From assembly GCA_053919585.1 (NCBI GenBank), contig CM132813.1: 64,000 nt of DNA, one strand, 5' to 3'. The notes under the pieces are model-generated. The model saw nothing but the letters and a program-made list of their open reading frames with translations, did not search any database and was not told where the DNA came from. The number at the start of each line of letters is the position of its first letter. The stretch's first letter is position 1. The stretch comes from Euprymna scolopes (taxonomy: Eukaryota). Shown here one piece after another: positions 1 to 12,944 of this stretch. A program made the translations under genes and the position numbers.

Positions 1-664
1 ATACTGTAAAACTGAAACGAAGCTGCTCTGCTTGAAAAGGGTGCCATTTTCTCCTTATTCAAGTTTTATATTGATTCTTTGCTTTAAAAAAAAACTAAAG
101 TAATTACATTTTTTAATATCCTATTTTGCTGTTTCTGATTTTTTTACTAAAGTAAGTAAAGCTTCATTATTTTTCAAAACTGTTTTTGTTTCTATGTTTT
201 TCGATATTTCGTCGATATTATTTAGTAAGAGTGTTTAGCAGAAAAACCAACAAACGACTACCCGAAAAAATAAATATACAAGCAATAAATGTTACCATAG
301 TCAATAAAAGTTCAGTTCATGTTTTTTTTGTTTTGAAATAGTTTTTAATGCTCTTTACTTGAAATAATTTCAGCGAACCTAAATTAAAACGAACTTTGAG
401 GCGATAACTCTTTAAATGAATTTTTATATAAACTACACATGCCGTAATCGAATATTCCTCAAGCACAAAATAACGGAAAACATTAAAATACGTTTATAAA
501 TATTCCTTACGTTGACCAAACTCTCTTAAATTGTTAACACAGAATGCTCAGGTGCCCTCCTTGAAATTGAAAACGGGGCTCTCCATGTCAATGTCGCTGC
601 AATTTTGATTTTTTAAACCGGTTCGTGAATTAAAAAAAATAAAACTACTTCAAAATACAAATCA

Positions 665-2324
665 ATGAACTTTTCTACCTTAACACATAATTTGGAAGAA
701 TCAGTGATTGCAGCAATTCGAAAAAACGTCGAAGTGAAAAATATGGTAGCAAACAGCATTAAAGAACTACGAGTAACATTGTCGGACATTAAAAGAGAAG
801 CCAATAAAGATGAATATACAAATGATATAAAAGAACAAAATTATAAATGACAAAAAAGTTCAGGAAATGTTTTCCATATGTAACGATGTTATTATATAGC
901 GAGAGTGTAGTAATACCTAAAACGTTGCAGAAGAGGATTTTGAGAGACTTCTACACAGGACATCCGGGGATAAATCGAATGAAGTCTCTAATGTGAAGCT
1001 ACGTATACTGGCGTAACATGGACGTCGACATAGCTACAACAATAAATAGATGTGAAGGACGCCAGTTAGCAGCAAAATCCCCACCTATAGTACACAAACC
1101 TTGGCCAAAAACCGACCACCCATGGTCGAGAATCAACATGGACTTCGTTAGTCCAGTAGGAGGAAAATTACTACTTAATTGTAGTAGATAGTTATACAAA
1201 ATGGTCTGAGGTAATGTGTTGCAGGAATCCAACAACGAACAACTATATATGATTCCTACACGAGTTATTTGCATGATTTGGTGTACCAGACACACTGGTC
1301 ACTGACAATGGAACTCAATTCACATCCACAGACTTTAAGGAATTTTGTTATATGCTCTAAGTAAAGCATATCACTACTTCGGCGTATCATCTAAGATCGA
1401 ACGGCCTCGCGGAGAGGTTCGTGGACATGTTAAAACGAGCGTTGAAAAAATCCATTGGGATACCAACGGAAAAAGCTTTGCAACAATTTTTGCAAATATA
1501 TAGAATAACACCGCACCCTAATACGGCGTCAAACATATCCCAACCTGATTTAATATTTGCCAGAAAGGTGAAATCAGCGTTTGATAAACTATTGCCAAGA
1601 CAGGCAATTGTCAGAAACAATACACACATGATAAGAAAGAAATATAACTCGGGAGATCGAGTATATTTAAAGTGCTACAGGAATAACACTTCTTACTGCT
1701 TATGTGAAGTAGTGGATAAACGCATTGGTGATTGTACATACATGATTAAAGTTCCACAAAATATACATAAAAGGCACCTGAACCAAATAAAAAAAACGCC
1801 ACATTCAAGATAGTGATTATACAACAGCAGTCGAAGAGGAGCACACCATGGACATCATATACGAATCCTTTAATTTGGAACCGCCTAAATATACACCGGA
1901 AACCCGAAGATCATGTAGAAAAAGAAAGTTTAATGAAGCATTAATGTAAAATCCCAAGAGAAAAAGATATTGAAATCCGTGCGACTTCAAATCCTGGGAG
2001 GAGGGTGTTGTGGTGGCACACATTCATTTGGATATGTGGATAGGAATTACAGATAAATAGGAAGACTCAGTTAGTCTGAGTGTGTGTTCACCAGAAGCAA
2101 CCGAAGGCCGTTGAGAGCAGATATGTTTCTCCAGCAAAGACTCTCTTATTTGGCACCATTATGTAAATATCCTGTAAATATACCTTTTCCTAATACACTT
2201 CTTATTTGATCTGCCTTTGTTTGTTGAGTCGTCATTTGTATTGCTTTCTACGTTACTTGTTTCAACCTGCAAACTTAACAGTTAATATGGTACCATTTAT
2301 TTCTTGTATATCTATATTATAACA
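665..2324 (+). mobile_element. Ty3/Gypsy LTR retrotransposon 3' part (K02A2.6-like pol integrase region, PPT, 3' LTR), decayed
   Basis: Translation across stops and frameshifts gives ERVVIPKTLQKRILRDFYTGHPGINRMKSLM*SYVYW...RCEGRQ (integrase zinc-binding region), PWSRINMDF, LVTDNGTQFTS, YHLRSNGLAERFVDMLKRAL, YRITPHP (rve core). Polypurine tract GGGAGGAGGG at 1996-2005 directly precedes TGTTG. Confidence 0.93.
2006..2324 (+). repeat. 3' LTR of the Gypsy element
   Basis: Begins TGTTG immediately after the PPT; ends TATAACA at 2324 (TG...CA with short inverted ends). The right boundary is inferred because there is no second LTR copy to compare. Confidence 0.65.
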
Positions 2325-2334
2325 TTCTCTCATT

Positions 2335-2577
2335 GTAAGGAAACAGGATTTGTTGGTCATTTTTAGCTACGAATGGAAACAAAGTTGATATAAAAAACAT
2401 ATTTTCGCAGAAATTAGTTTTACTTTCATCATATTTAACTTAGGGTAAAATATTTGAGTATCAACACCTATCTCTATACAACCCGCTCCTTTTCATAACC
2501 TATCATACTTTCTATCAATTACAACCCATTTTTTGTAGGCTGTTTTTTAACCAAGTCAACGACGGGTACTTCTGCTA

Positions 2578-2578
<1 letters not shown>
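2335..2578 (+). mobile_element. Helitron-type non-autonomous element, 3' end
   Basis: Ends CAACGACGGGTACTTCTGCTAG|T; similar subterminal motif to the minus-strand elements starting at 8467 and 29737. Confidence 0.45.
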
Positions 2579-2646
<68 letters not shown>

Positions 2647-2832
2647 ATAACGTTGAAATGCGGGGTCTCGTTAAATGAAAATGATTTAGCAAATTTGAGT
2701 CATGTAAGAATCAAATGCAACATGTGCCAACACTTAATCTCATAATCTCGCATCATTGAAATGGTAGATTTTATTGAGGACTGCTTGCAAGGTAAATACT
2801 TTCATAAAACGTATTCTTCCTTCCGATAGAGG

Positions 2833-2888
<56 letters not shown>

Positions 2889-3273
2889 ATTGCAACGTCT
2901 TGTCAGACGAGTGCCACTCCCTCAGACATTTAAAATCCATGAGCCAAAATGCCTGAGGGAGTATCTATACAAATATGATGTTACAGAGTCTTAGTTTTGT
3001 ACGACCGCTAAATCTCTCTCTCCGTTCAAAATGTTGAGATCCAGCAACAAGCAAGAGCAAGATAGCCAGCAACAAATTAAACTGCAGACCACCTTAATGC
3101 GGGTAATGGTCTTCCGCTTTATGGTTTTTAAATCAGAGATTTGCTTCTCCTAGAAAGGTTTCCTTCACCACGGCGTACGGGAGCTCTCTCCACCCCAATA
3201 TACATATACACACACAAATTTACACGGTGCTAGTTGGCCGTTGACCCAGAAAGAGTTCATTCGCCCAAAGGGC

Positions 3274-3343
<70 letters not shown>

Positions 3344-3364
3344 AAGGCGGCATTTAGTTTATTC

Positions 3365-3423
<59 letters not shown>

Positions 3424-3443
3424 ATAGATATATATATATATAT
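2579..3443. repeat. Cluster of (TA)n microsatellites (~2579-2646, 2834-2884, 3276-3341, 3369-3443)
   Basis: Seen directly. Other (TA)n tracts lie at ~7045, 14160, 14477, 15213, 18408, 30460, 31172, 32365, 41496, 48811, 50953 and 52600. Confidence 0.97.
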
Positions 3444-3461
3444 AATTTATAATATAATTAT

Positions 3462-3502
3462 CCACTGACACGTGTTTCGTCGCCTACGACTGATCAGAGC
3501 GG
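3462..3502 (-). ncRNA. Minimal type I hammerhead ribozyme motif with G8>C core mutation
   Basis: Minus strand reads CCGCU-CUGAUCA-GUCG uagg CGAC-GAAA-C acgu G-UC-AGUGG. Stems I and II pair, and stem III is the palindromic minimal form. Confidence 0.75.
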
Positions 3503-3655
3503 CTAAAAATGATATATATATATGCCGCTCCTCATTTGGGGGGTACCAGATTGGTCAAAGGGGACATTATTTCCAAAACGCATTTAGGTAAAAATGCACT
3601 TTCGTATAATTTTTATTTTAATTCATTCAAGAAAGTATCGCTAAAAAAACAAAGA

Positions 3656-3796
3656 NNNNNNNNNNNNNNNNNNNNNNNNNNNNNNNNNNNNNNNNNNNNN
3701 NNNNNNNNNNNNNNNNNNNNNNNNNNNNNNNNNNNNNNNNNNNNNNNNNNNNNNNNNNNNNNNNNNNNNNNNNNNNNNNNNNNNNNNNNNNNNNNN
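3656..3796. other. Assembly gap (also 7700-7843, 24638-24771, 52714-52845, 54371-54504)
   Basis: Runs of N. Confidence 1.
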
Positions 3797-4784
3797 ACAT
3801 TTTTCCTGATTCGATTCAATTATTGAATCTGCTCTAAATTTCCGATTCTGATACGATTCGGATTTGATTTTTATAACAAAAAACGCCCCAAAAAACACAA
3901 CTAAAAATTAGTGTTCATCAAATGGCGTCGATTTAACTCTTTTTAAGAAACGTTCCGATATTTGGAGCTTTACTCATGGCAGTGAACAATGAGTTTAATA
4001 TATAAATATACCAATTTTTTTTTTATTTAAAAATCAACTAACAAATTGTTTACATCATTTTTTATTTCTCTTTTAATAATTTTGTGAAGCTAAATCCATA
4101 AAAACAGACATGTTCATTTTTTCCTTTGTATCTCACTGATAATACGTATACAAAATACGAATTTAGCAAAACTCATCGCGGCAAAACTTGACCATTTATG
4201 CACCGTAGGGAAACTGGTCTATTATTGAATAAATATCGATTGAAAGTTGTATTCGTTTTAAAAGTGTATACCCATCCCATAACATATTTAAAAAAATACT
4301 TTTACTATTTTACTGTTGTAAATTATTTTTCTGTGTTCGTTTTCTACCTAGCTTTGTAAGATTTTACTGGTTTAACTTATTTTTAAGAGTTTATATTGTT
4401 AATAAATAAACAAGTAATTAAGATTGTTACTTTTGAACAAATATGCCCGACATTAGAGGATCACGTTTAGGAGTCTTGATAATCGATCAAAAATAGAATA
4501 TTAAAGAAAGTACTTACGTAGAGATAGTTTGAAACGCTCCACCTCAAAAAGAAAATAAATGTATATATTTTTTAGGCAATGATTAAGATCATTGCTCGGA
4601 AACCTCCAGTTACAGGAAATGGATACGGTTGATTATATAACTAAATCGAACGGAAGACACGAAAAACGAACTCATATATTTATTTTAAAAATGTACTTCT
4701 CTTGTTATTACGAAATAAAAAAAAAACCGAAAACACTTCTTTTATTATGAAATAATAAAACAAGTATTTTATTTAGGAGAAATA

Positions 4785-4988
4785 AGGTACTAGTGCAGAG
4801 AGTGATCCGGAGGTATATAATAAGGTTATTATTTAAAAAAGCCATTCTTAACATGGAAAGGCTGTGTGTTTTGTACCTATTGTATACTTCAACCTTACAA
4901 TTGAATAAAAAACATATCATAAAACTTTAATTAAACTTAAAAATACGATTTAAAAAAATAGCGCGGATCCCTCTCTGCACTAGCACCC
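4785..4988. mobile_element. MITE (~204 bp) with ~25-bp TIRs and 3-bp TSD ATA (PIF/Harbinger-like)
   Basis: Left end AGGTACTAGTGCAGAGAGTGATCCG; right end reverse complement GGGTGCTAGTGCAGAGAGGGATCCG; ATA at 4782-4784 and 4989-4991. Confidence 0.75.
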
Positions 4989-5743
4989 ATAGTTATTTAA
5001 TTTTAGCATATTTTGTGTTCACAAACACCACAAAAGGCACGTCTGCAGTATTCGGACGGTAGTAATATTTCCTTTTGCGTTTCACTAAACTGTCGCGAGG
5101 TGGCGCTTATTGGTAAAGAAAAAAAATAAATTATTCATTTGTTGTTGGCCCTTCAAAGTTGCTTTAATTCAAAAGAAATGTTTCATTTAAATTATTTATT
5201 TGCTCGAAAAAAATCTACTTTACTTTATAAAAAATCCAATATTGCTTTGTAATAAAATTGCTTTATAAAAATGGTATTATCGTTTGCAGACTTTTAAATA
5301 AATGTTTTTACAATTATATATTGATACATTTTTATACAATAAATGTTTTGGTTTCCAAATATTTTTTTCTGTTTGAAATTTTATTTTGTTTGTTACTCAT
5401 TTGCCGCATAATTTAATCAAGAAGAATTTGTATCATTTTACTTAAAGTCCTGTCGTATATTCGTATCAAATATTTAGGTTTCGGTGTGCTTTAAATAACG
5501 ACACCGAACGCAGGACACGAAAAACGAAATCATATACCATATGTAACCGTTTCTGTCAACAATTTAACGTTTGCATGGTATTATTTCTCCGGATCCTGGG
5601 ATTATTTTCCCCCATGTAACAGTCTTAGCTTATGCTACGCGAGAGTATAAACGAAGGCCGTGAAATGTGCATTTGCGTACAAAACAGGGTTCTCCCATAG
5701 CGTAGTAATCATTGCCGAACAATTTAAAATCATATGAAGAACA

Positions 5744-6086
5744 GGTAGTTTTCCAGATATTAAGCTATGAAATCCTTTATTTTATCATAGGGTGACCATT
5801 TCTGTACGTGCAAGCGCGGACATATTTTTGCTGGATGTGCGTCAAACTTATGCGCACGCTTGCGTGTACAGAAATGCTAATCTTTGATAACATAAAGAAT
5901 TACATTGATTAATATTTGGAAAACTATTTGTTTGCGGCAAAAATATACACCTGCTTGCGTGTATAGAAATGGTCACCACTGATAAGGAATTACATTGCTT
6001 AATATCCGGAAAACTACTTATTTGAGCAAAAATATACGCGCTTACGCGTACAGAGATTTTCCCCCTGACAACATAATCAATTACAT
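5744..6086. repeat. ~90-100 bp unit: one inverted copy followed by ~2.5 tandem copies
   Basis: Unit GCTTGCGTGTAYAGAAATG...AATTACATTGMTTAATATYYGGAAAACTA...GCAAAAATATAC recurs at ~5858, ~5953 and ~6040; reverse complement at 5744-5832. Confidence 0.8.
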
Positions 6087-6232
6087 GTATCTGTATAAAG
6101 AATTTTCTTTATTTTTCAATTTCGTCGTGTCTTTATTGAAAGATGAAAGCAGAAAAAAAACAAAATAAACAAAAACGCTATTAGCCAATAAACAAGCAAA
6201 CACATTTCCCCCTCACTAGGTGGCCAAAAAGT

Positions 6233-6704
6233 GAGTTCTCATTGTAAGTAAAATTCACATGGAAAAATGATCACCTACATTTTAAAAAAAAGAATTTCTT
6301 CATATCATGAAAACTATTTCTCTGCGACGAAAACGCTTAGCAGTTTCGTTTTTAGCAGACCGACATCAACAAAAATATATTTTTTGATATGAAAGTTCGA
6401 CAGATTTTAAATAATATTTTACCGAAGAAATTGGATTTATCGCCCCCTTAACAATAGCCGCATTGTGGCTAATGCAGAAATGGCCCCTAAAGGATTTTAA
6501 ACAAAATAAAATGTGCTTTAATGTCAAGTTTCTTTCCAGCCCTCACAACGTTACATGGCGTCTTTTAGAAATTTTCGGAGGTACTGAAAACAATTATCAA
6601 ATTTAAATTTAAGCACATTAATATTTTGCAGGATATGAAGAAATTACTGTTACAAAAAGTGGTTGATCACTTTACCATGTAAATTTAATTTAAAATGAGA
6701 ACTC
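6233..6704. mobile_element. MITE-like element with ~90-bp imperfect TIRs
   Basis: GAGTTCTCATTGTAAGTAAAATTCACATGGAAAAATGATCA... matches the reverse complement of ...TGATCACTTTACCATGTAAATTTAATTTAAAATGAGAACTC. No TSD seen. Confidence 0.65.
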
Positions 6705-6729
6705 AACACTAATGTATATACATATATCT

Positions 6730-6958
6730 AGTAATTTATAAAAATATATATGACGATTAAGCTACACTGATTATTCGGCGTTTCATCCACTCTAGGATTC
6801 GCCAGGCTTATGCGCATAAGCTAAATCGTCATATATATTTTATAAATTACTAACTAGCTCTACTTACGTATTGAGCACTTTTGAAGTAAATACTTAAAGT
6901 TTACGCATAAATCTATACTTTCGTATATTAATTTTATGTGAGTAAATGAAGTAGTTAT
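6730..6958. mobile_element. ORF-less HHR-bearing inverted-repeat element (PLE pseudo-LTR-like), copy A
   Basis: 6730-6762 and 6817-6851 are inverted repeats; 6853-6958 is the reverse complement of 30500-30608; contains the HHR motif at 6758-6810. Confidence 0.75.
6758..6810 (-). ncRNA. Type I hammerhead ribozyme motif with A6>G core mutation
   Basis: UAAGC-CUGGCGA-AUCC uagagu GGAU-GAAA-CGCCGAAUAAUCAGUG-UA-GCUUA; paralog of 30636-30688. Confidence 0.8.
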
Positions 6959-7060
6959 ATATATATATACATATATATGCATATATATATATAAATGCAT
7001 TTGTGTGAGATCGTTCCATATGAACTTTCAAACAACTTAATCGAATATATATATAATATA

Positions 7061-7101
<41 letters not shown>

Positions 7102-8466
7102 GATGTTAATGAACTTAATGTGCACAGCAGTGATGTTATGTTTTGTATTGCCGTAAAGAAGTGGCAACGATCGATAGTCTTAAAATCCGAGTAAAGAAGA
7201 CACAGTTCTAGTTGCTCAAAGTTAACCTCTTTATGCAGCATAAAATCACAAATGTATATTAAATCTTATATTACCGTACGTGCAGATCGGCCCAGTGTAT
7301 AAAATCAACAGCGGTTATTTGAGAGAACATATCACGTTTAAAATGAATGATTTTCTTTTAAACACAATTGAACCCGGATACTTGATTTTTTGCATTTGGA
7401 CCATTGATGTAAGCTTTTATATGAACTACTTTTTTATACCAACGGTATATTCTCTACGGTCTATTGTACGCAAGATTATATTGTTGAGGGTGTGGGTCCT
7501 GGATGTAATAAATAGATCGGATTAGAAAAAAAAATGTTGATTCGACTTATTTTAAAGGAAAAGAAAGTGTAAAAAGGGAAACGATCATTGGTATCTATTC
7601 AATATGGGACAAGGTTTGGTCTGTATATATGTGTGTTCATGTGTTAGTCCATATGTATATGCGTGTATTTTTCGTTCATATTCTTGAACAAGTCTTTCAN
7701 NNNNNNNNNNNNNNNNNNNNNNNNNNNNNNNNNNNNNNNNNNNNNNNNNNNNNNNNNNNNNNNNNNNNNNNNNNNNNNNNNNNNNNNNNNNNNNNNNNNN
7801 NNNNNNNNNNNNNNNNNNNNNNNNNNNNNNNNNNNNNNNNNNNTAATTCTATGTAAAGGTGTGCATGAAAACATAAACATATAGGAGTATGTGTATGTGG
7901 GATATACTTTATCTAGCATTCAATTTTGTACGAGTCTGCATTTGTTGGGTGTATTTACAATAGCTCTTGAGTGACTCTAGGGTGTCAAAAATGTTCCATT
8001 AACGAATAATGTATTCATCTCAGGGAAGTATACAAAAAATTTAGATTAATTCCATGTAATTCTGAGTTAAAATTACTTTCCCGCGTAGAAACCCACGAAT
8101 TTCCCCTTCTCATTTCCAACTAGTAATTATCTCTTCCCTCTTATAAAGCAAATGTTATTTACGTTTGCTGATATTGGACATACTTGCCGGTAGACGTATA
8201 TGTTTTACCTAACACTTATTTTTTAATCAAGCATTATGCAACCGGAAGGTATATTTGTCCCTATATTAAACATTGCTGCTGATTAACAAGCTTGCATTTT
8301 TTATCGATTTATTCTATAAATATATATTATTTTTTTAGTGATTGCTTTGGATTTTAAAACGGCATTTTTATATTTTCCATACCAGTTATTCTATTCGGGA
8401 TGTTTATGAAAAAATATTGGCCATATATTAAATCTTAATCGATCTGTTCGTTTATCTTATCTTATA

Positions 8467-9095
8467 CTAGCGGGGGTACACGGCGTTTCCAAGGTGTTGA
8501 CAGGTGAGTGTGTGAGGTGGTGGTGGAAATAACAGTACGAAGTCCGAGTGAAGATAGGTGTTAAAAAAGTCGTAGTAGTGGGGAGAATGAAAACAACAGT
8601 AGGCAGACCTGATGGAGTCAGGGGTAAAAAAAACATGGTAGTAGTAGGGGGAATTCGGCGTTGCTCGCGCGTGTGTTGATGGCGTAGTAAGGAACTAAAA
8701 TCAAAGAGGTGGGAGTGGGGTAATCAAAACAACAATTTCAGCTTAGGTGTAGAGAGGTGTTATGAAAAAGTTTTAGTAGGGAGCCAGGCTCGGACCCGTG
8801 AGGAGAATTTGGAAAGCAAGGTAAAAGAACATCTGATGTCTTACCAATGCTCCGTTTCACACCGGAAGTCAGGACAGTTGAAATAAAGTGAGGAAACTCC
8901 AACCCTCTTTGCACAGAACTGGCTAGCCTAGGGTGGAGAAATCAGTGTTTTTAGCATAATGTTCGATATTTATCGTCCGAGACATCGAAGTTCAAGATTA
9001 AATCGATCTTGACAGGATCCGTTGCCTCTATCGAAAGTTTTCATCGAGACATGCATACATGCATTTAAACAGACATGTGAAATTTATATAATAGT
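8467..9095 (-). mobile_element. Helitron-type non-autonomous element
   Basis: Minus-strand 3' end ...GGAAACGCCGTGTACCCCCGCTAG|T; 5' end CTATTATATAAATTTCACATGTCTGTTTAAATG, shared with ~24920-24974. Confidence 0.55.
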
Positions 9096-12000
9096 TATAG
9101 TATCATAATGTCTTGTGAATCCAGATAAGTATTTTCATGTAATATTTTTAAAATTTTTATTATTGTCTAATGCATTTTTCTCAAACAAACGAAGCATATA
9201 TATATATATATATTTTTTTGTATTTCTTTATTTTTATCTTTGTTTCTCGTTCAAATGAAAACGTAATAAATATTGAAGTTCATTTTAAATGCATTTAAAA
9301 AAATAATTCCTCTCTAATACCTTTTATATGTAAATTTGCACTAAAACATAAATTTAGTAAATAAAAACTGATAAATAATTTTCTATGGCTGTTGTTTACT
9401 AGCTAGAATATGAAGAGAAGTTGACACAATGAGATTGGGACCAATATGAAAAATAATAATTAATAAAAGTGTCGATATTTCTCGATTGCAGTACTTCTGT
9501 AAATCGGAAGGAAACAAACTTCAAAGAAGGATTATATTATGCTATAGAAGCTACATTACTAAGGCACGAGATCAACGATATCTGATTTTAACAAAACGGT
9601 TTTATACCTGCACGACACTTCTAGGTTTTCTGATAAATTTCTAGGCACAGTTTAGTGATTTGCTATGTAACGTGCTTAGTAAACTTGATAATGTTTCGTT
9701 CTTGGATAGCATCTATTTCTTTTTAAGTCCTGTATAACGTACCTAATACATTTAAGGTGTTTTTCTTGCCTCTAGATTACATCTATATTAGTCGAATATA
9801 TCGATATAATATAATAGATTATAATATAAAACGTTGCATGCACTACACTGTCGCCCGTATTCCTAGTTGCACATATAGTAATCATAGTCATTTATTACAG
9901 AGGTATAACTTAAATCTAATAACCAATCATAACCTTCTGGATAACAATCTACATGTGTATAATAGTTTATAAGGTAAATAATGTACATCGTTAATTACTT
10001 CAGAAATAGAGGTTTACTATGTTACTCGATAGCGAGCGCACGTTTGAGTGGTAATGGCAGGAATCAAATCATGAAACACCGGATTCTTTTTTTTTTAATC
10101 TGAATATTAAATACATTGTTCTGATGTGCCATAAGCTGTGGATTCTCTCAAATATTACCTCCTTCGTTTGAGGGATCTTATTTTATGTCAATCACCTGAA
10201 ATATTCTAACGGCGAAATATAAACACGGCCGTTCTTTTGAATTTAGTAAGGTGTCTACAACTTTCAACCGTGAGGTACATTTGGATTCAAGAGAAATAAA
10301 GTAAATTGGTCATATTTAATACATTGGTTATGCATCCAAATGTATCCCAGAACCACACGCTTCATAACTAGAAAATGTTACAGGCTTTTAAATCAGCCAT
10401 TTGACGTACGAATTAGATATAATATATTATTTACGGCTATATTGCACACATATAGTGTTGCGAAATGTTATAATGAAAAATTTCCCACAAGATCTGTGCA
10501 ATAAAACATGCTTAATTAATTGGTAAGTGGACAATATTGATCAAAAATGAATAAAATCACAGCTTACAATTCCCTACTTGCATTACCATTGCGATTGGCT
10601 ATATAACGAAAGTAGTGAACTATGTAAATGGCTAGACTACCCGGGATCCGTTTGGGCAGTATATGTTATGACTAGATATAGAATAGTTCGTATATTTATT
10701 CTGGCAAAAACATGCGCACTTGCGCGTACAAAATACCCTACTTAAAACATTAGAAATTAATTTGATTATATACGAAAAACTATTAATTTGCGGAAATGTA
10801 AATGCGATATTCGTTTTCAGCATACAGGACAACTTATAAAAGTCGTCATATTAAAGGAAAGCGTTTAGGTGGAAAATTTACTAAAACTTCTATTTTTTGT
10901 TATTTGTTTAAAAATCCTACATTACATACACTATCCTAACCTTAAAATTATTATTATGTCACTTTCGCCGAACTCGTTTGTAAACAAAGACGTGCGACCA
11001 TTAACTAAAGCGCTTATTAAACGTCAACGGTTATAACTTTGTCGGTGCTGTTGGATATGTCGTCATTGATCTGAGAGAGATAACTGTATTTTGTTTAGAC
11101 ATGAGCGTACAGTGAGCACTTATGTTTTTGTCCTTTAGCTCACTATTTCGTATGTTTGTTTTTTATTCACGTGAAAAATATTTTTATTTTCATTTAAAAG
11201 AAACAAATATTATTTGGGATTTACAAATGCATCTTCTGTAGCAGTATCCCACGCGAATTCTTGACGTAAAGATAACATTTATTAAACAAGTTCAACGAAA
11301 GTCTATGTATGATTCTTAAATTTTGAAATAAAAAAAACAAGTTTTACATATCTTTTTTTATTAAATTATATTTATTTCAGTTTCATTTTTTACAGTTTAA
11401 CACAGTTTTCGTTTAGTTATAATTAAATTGCTTTCCATGCCAACGTTTTTATTTATTTGTTTTTATTTTTACCTTATTTGAAAATATTCAAGTGTAATAT
11501 TCTGTAGGCGTATGTTTTAGATTGAAACTCTGTAAATTATTTTTTTTCATATGAATATTTGGGAAGCTAAAACCTATATAAACATTTAACTTAACAAATA
11601 CATGTTCGACGACTTTTTAATGAAAAAAGTTTATAACGTTAGTTACACGTGAAATACATCAGAGAATCACATTTAAAAATCCATGTATGTAGTTGGTTCA
11701 CGGCATCATATTTACCTAATGTTATAAAATGTGTTTAATTATGAAACCGTTTAACCTACTTAATAAATATTACATTTCACATTTTATTCAATTAGTATCG
11801 TATCCTTTTCCAGGGAAATAATAGTTAAGTCCAGGTAACAACTTCGTTTTTGTAATTTTAAATATTTTCCGCTTGATGTAGCGTCACGAATTGTCGTATG
11901 AAAAAATAATTAAAGAAGTTTTCAATTGTTACTAGATTAAGATAAAAACAAAATTGATTTTTTCAAGCATCGTAATAAAAACATTTGTGGCATTTCCTGA

Positions 12001-12365
12001 AGAATCTCGGATTTTGTTCGAGTTATTGTTTAGTTTGATTGCTTTTTTATGTAATTACGCATGAACATGATTTTTTTAAACCTGGAAATTGTAGACTGAG
12101 TACACGGTTTCCACGCCCAAAGGATACGATTCTTGTTCTATAAAATAATAGATGTAAATGTCAAACAAACTTCATTAATAAAAGTTTCCTATGGTATACA
12201 ATTCTCATTAAATAATATTAACCTTGAAAACGAAATTAACGAAGTTCATTAACAATGTGGCAAAACTAGGAGCTTAAAATGTGATCGAATATCAGACGGG
12301 TTTCCTCAGATGTGTGATACGATACATCGTGCTATACAACAATTATTTTCCATATTGTACAACAC

Positions 12366-12529
12366 TAGTATCAAGTTTTGGGATGCCTTTCAATTTCGAT
12401 TTGACAATAGTATCACATTTTTGGATGCCTTTCAATTTCGATTTGACAATAGTATCAAGTTTTGGGATGCCTTTCAATTTCGATTTGACAATAGTATCAA
12501 ATTTTTGGATGCCTTTCAATTTCGATTTG
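12366..12529. repeat. 42-bp minisatellite, ~4 copies
   Basis: TAGTATCAAGTTTTGGGATGCCTTTCAATTTCGATTTGACAA repeated head to tail with no spacers; explains the repeated peptides in ORFs 12281..12541 and 12310..12633. Confidence 0.95.
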
Positions 12530-12848
12530 TCAGTGAAATAAGGCTAGGCTATTATAGGCCCGTCAATATCTTAGAACATGTGATCAACATTTTTAGTTTT
12601 TTGATGTATTTAATCCGCTGTTCAAAAAGTTAACATTTAAACGGATTGGGTAGAATAGGAAAACGACAGCTAACTGTTTACATAAGATTCCTCCGTTTGA
12701 TATTTTAAATTATTTATGTATTATTTCTGTTTTAATCTCTTTTGTTTCTGTTAATAAATTGGTTTCTATTACTAAATTCGTTCAAATAAGTTCCAACGCG
12801 TATTTCCATATTATTTGATGGCATATTCTAAAATGTATTACTTTTCAG

Positions 12849-12944
12849 GTTTACTCTGATGCCCGAAATAAGGGCAGTTAACGTTTCTTTATCCAAATCA
12901 AACTTAAGCAATAGCAGAACTGTTCAAATACAGTTGCCGGATGT
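12849..12944 (+). other. Candidate 96-nt internal exon
   Basis: CTTTTCAG acceptor and GTAAGT donor; length divisible by 3; one open frame FTLMPEIRAVNVSLSKSNLSNSRTVQIQLPD. No homology recognised. Confidence 0.25.

Noticed and set aside
12366-12529. CRISPR-like array
   Set aside because: Units are contiguous with no unique spacers, there are no cas genes, and the context is eukaryotic.
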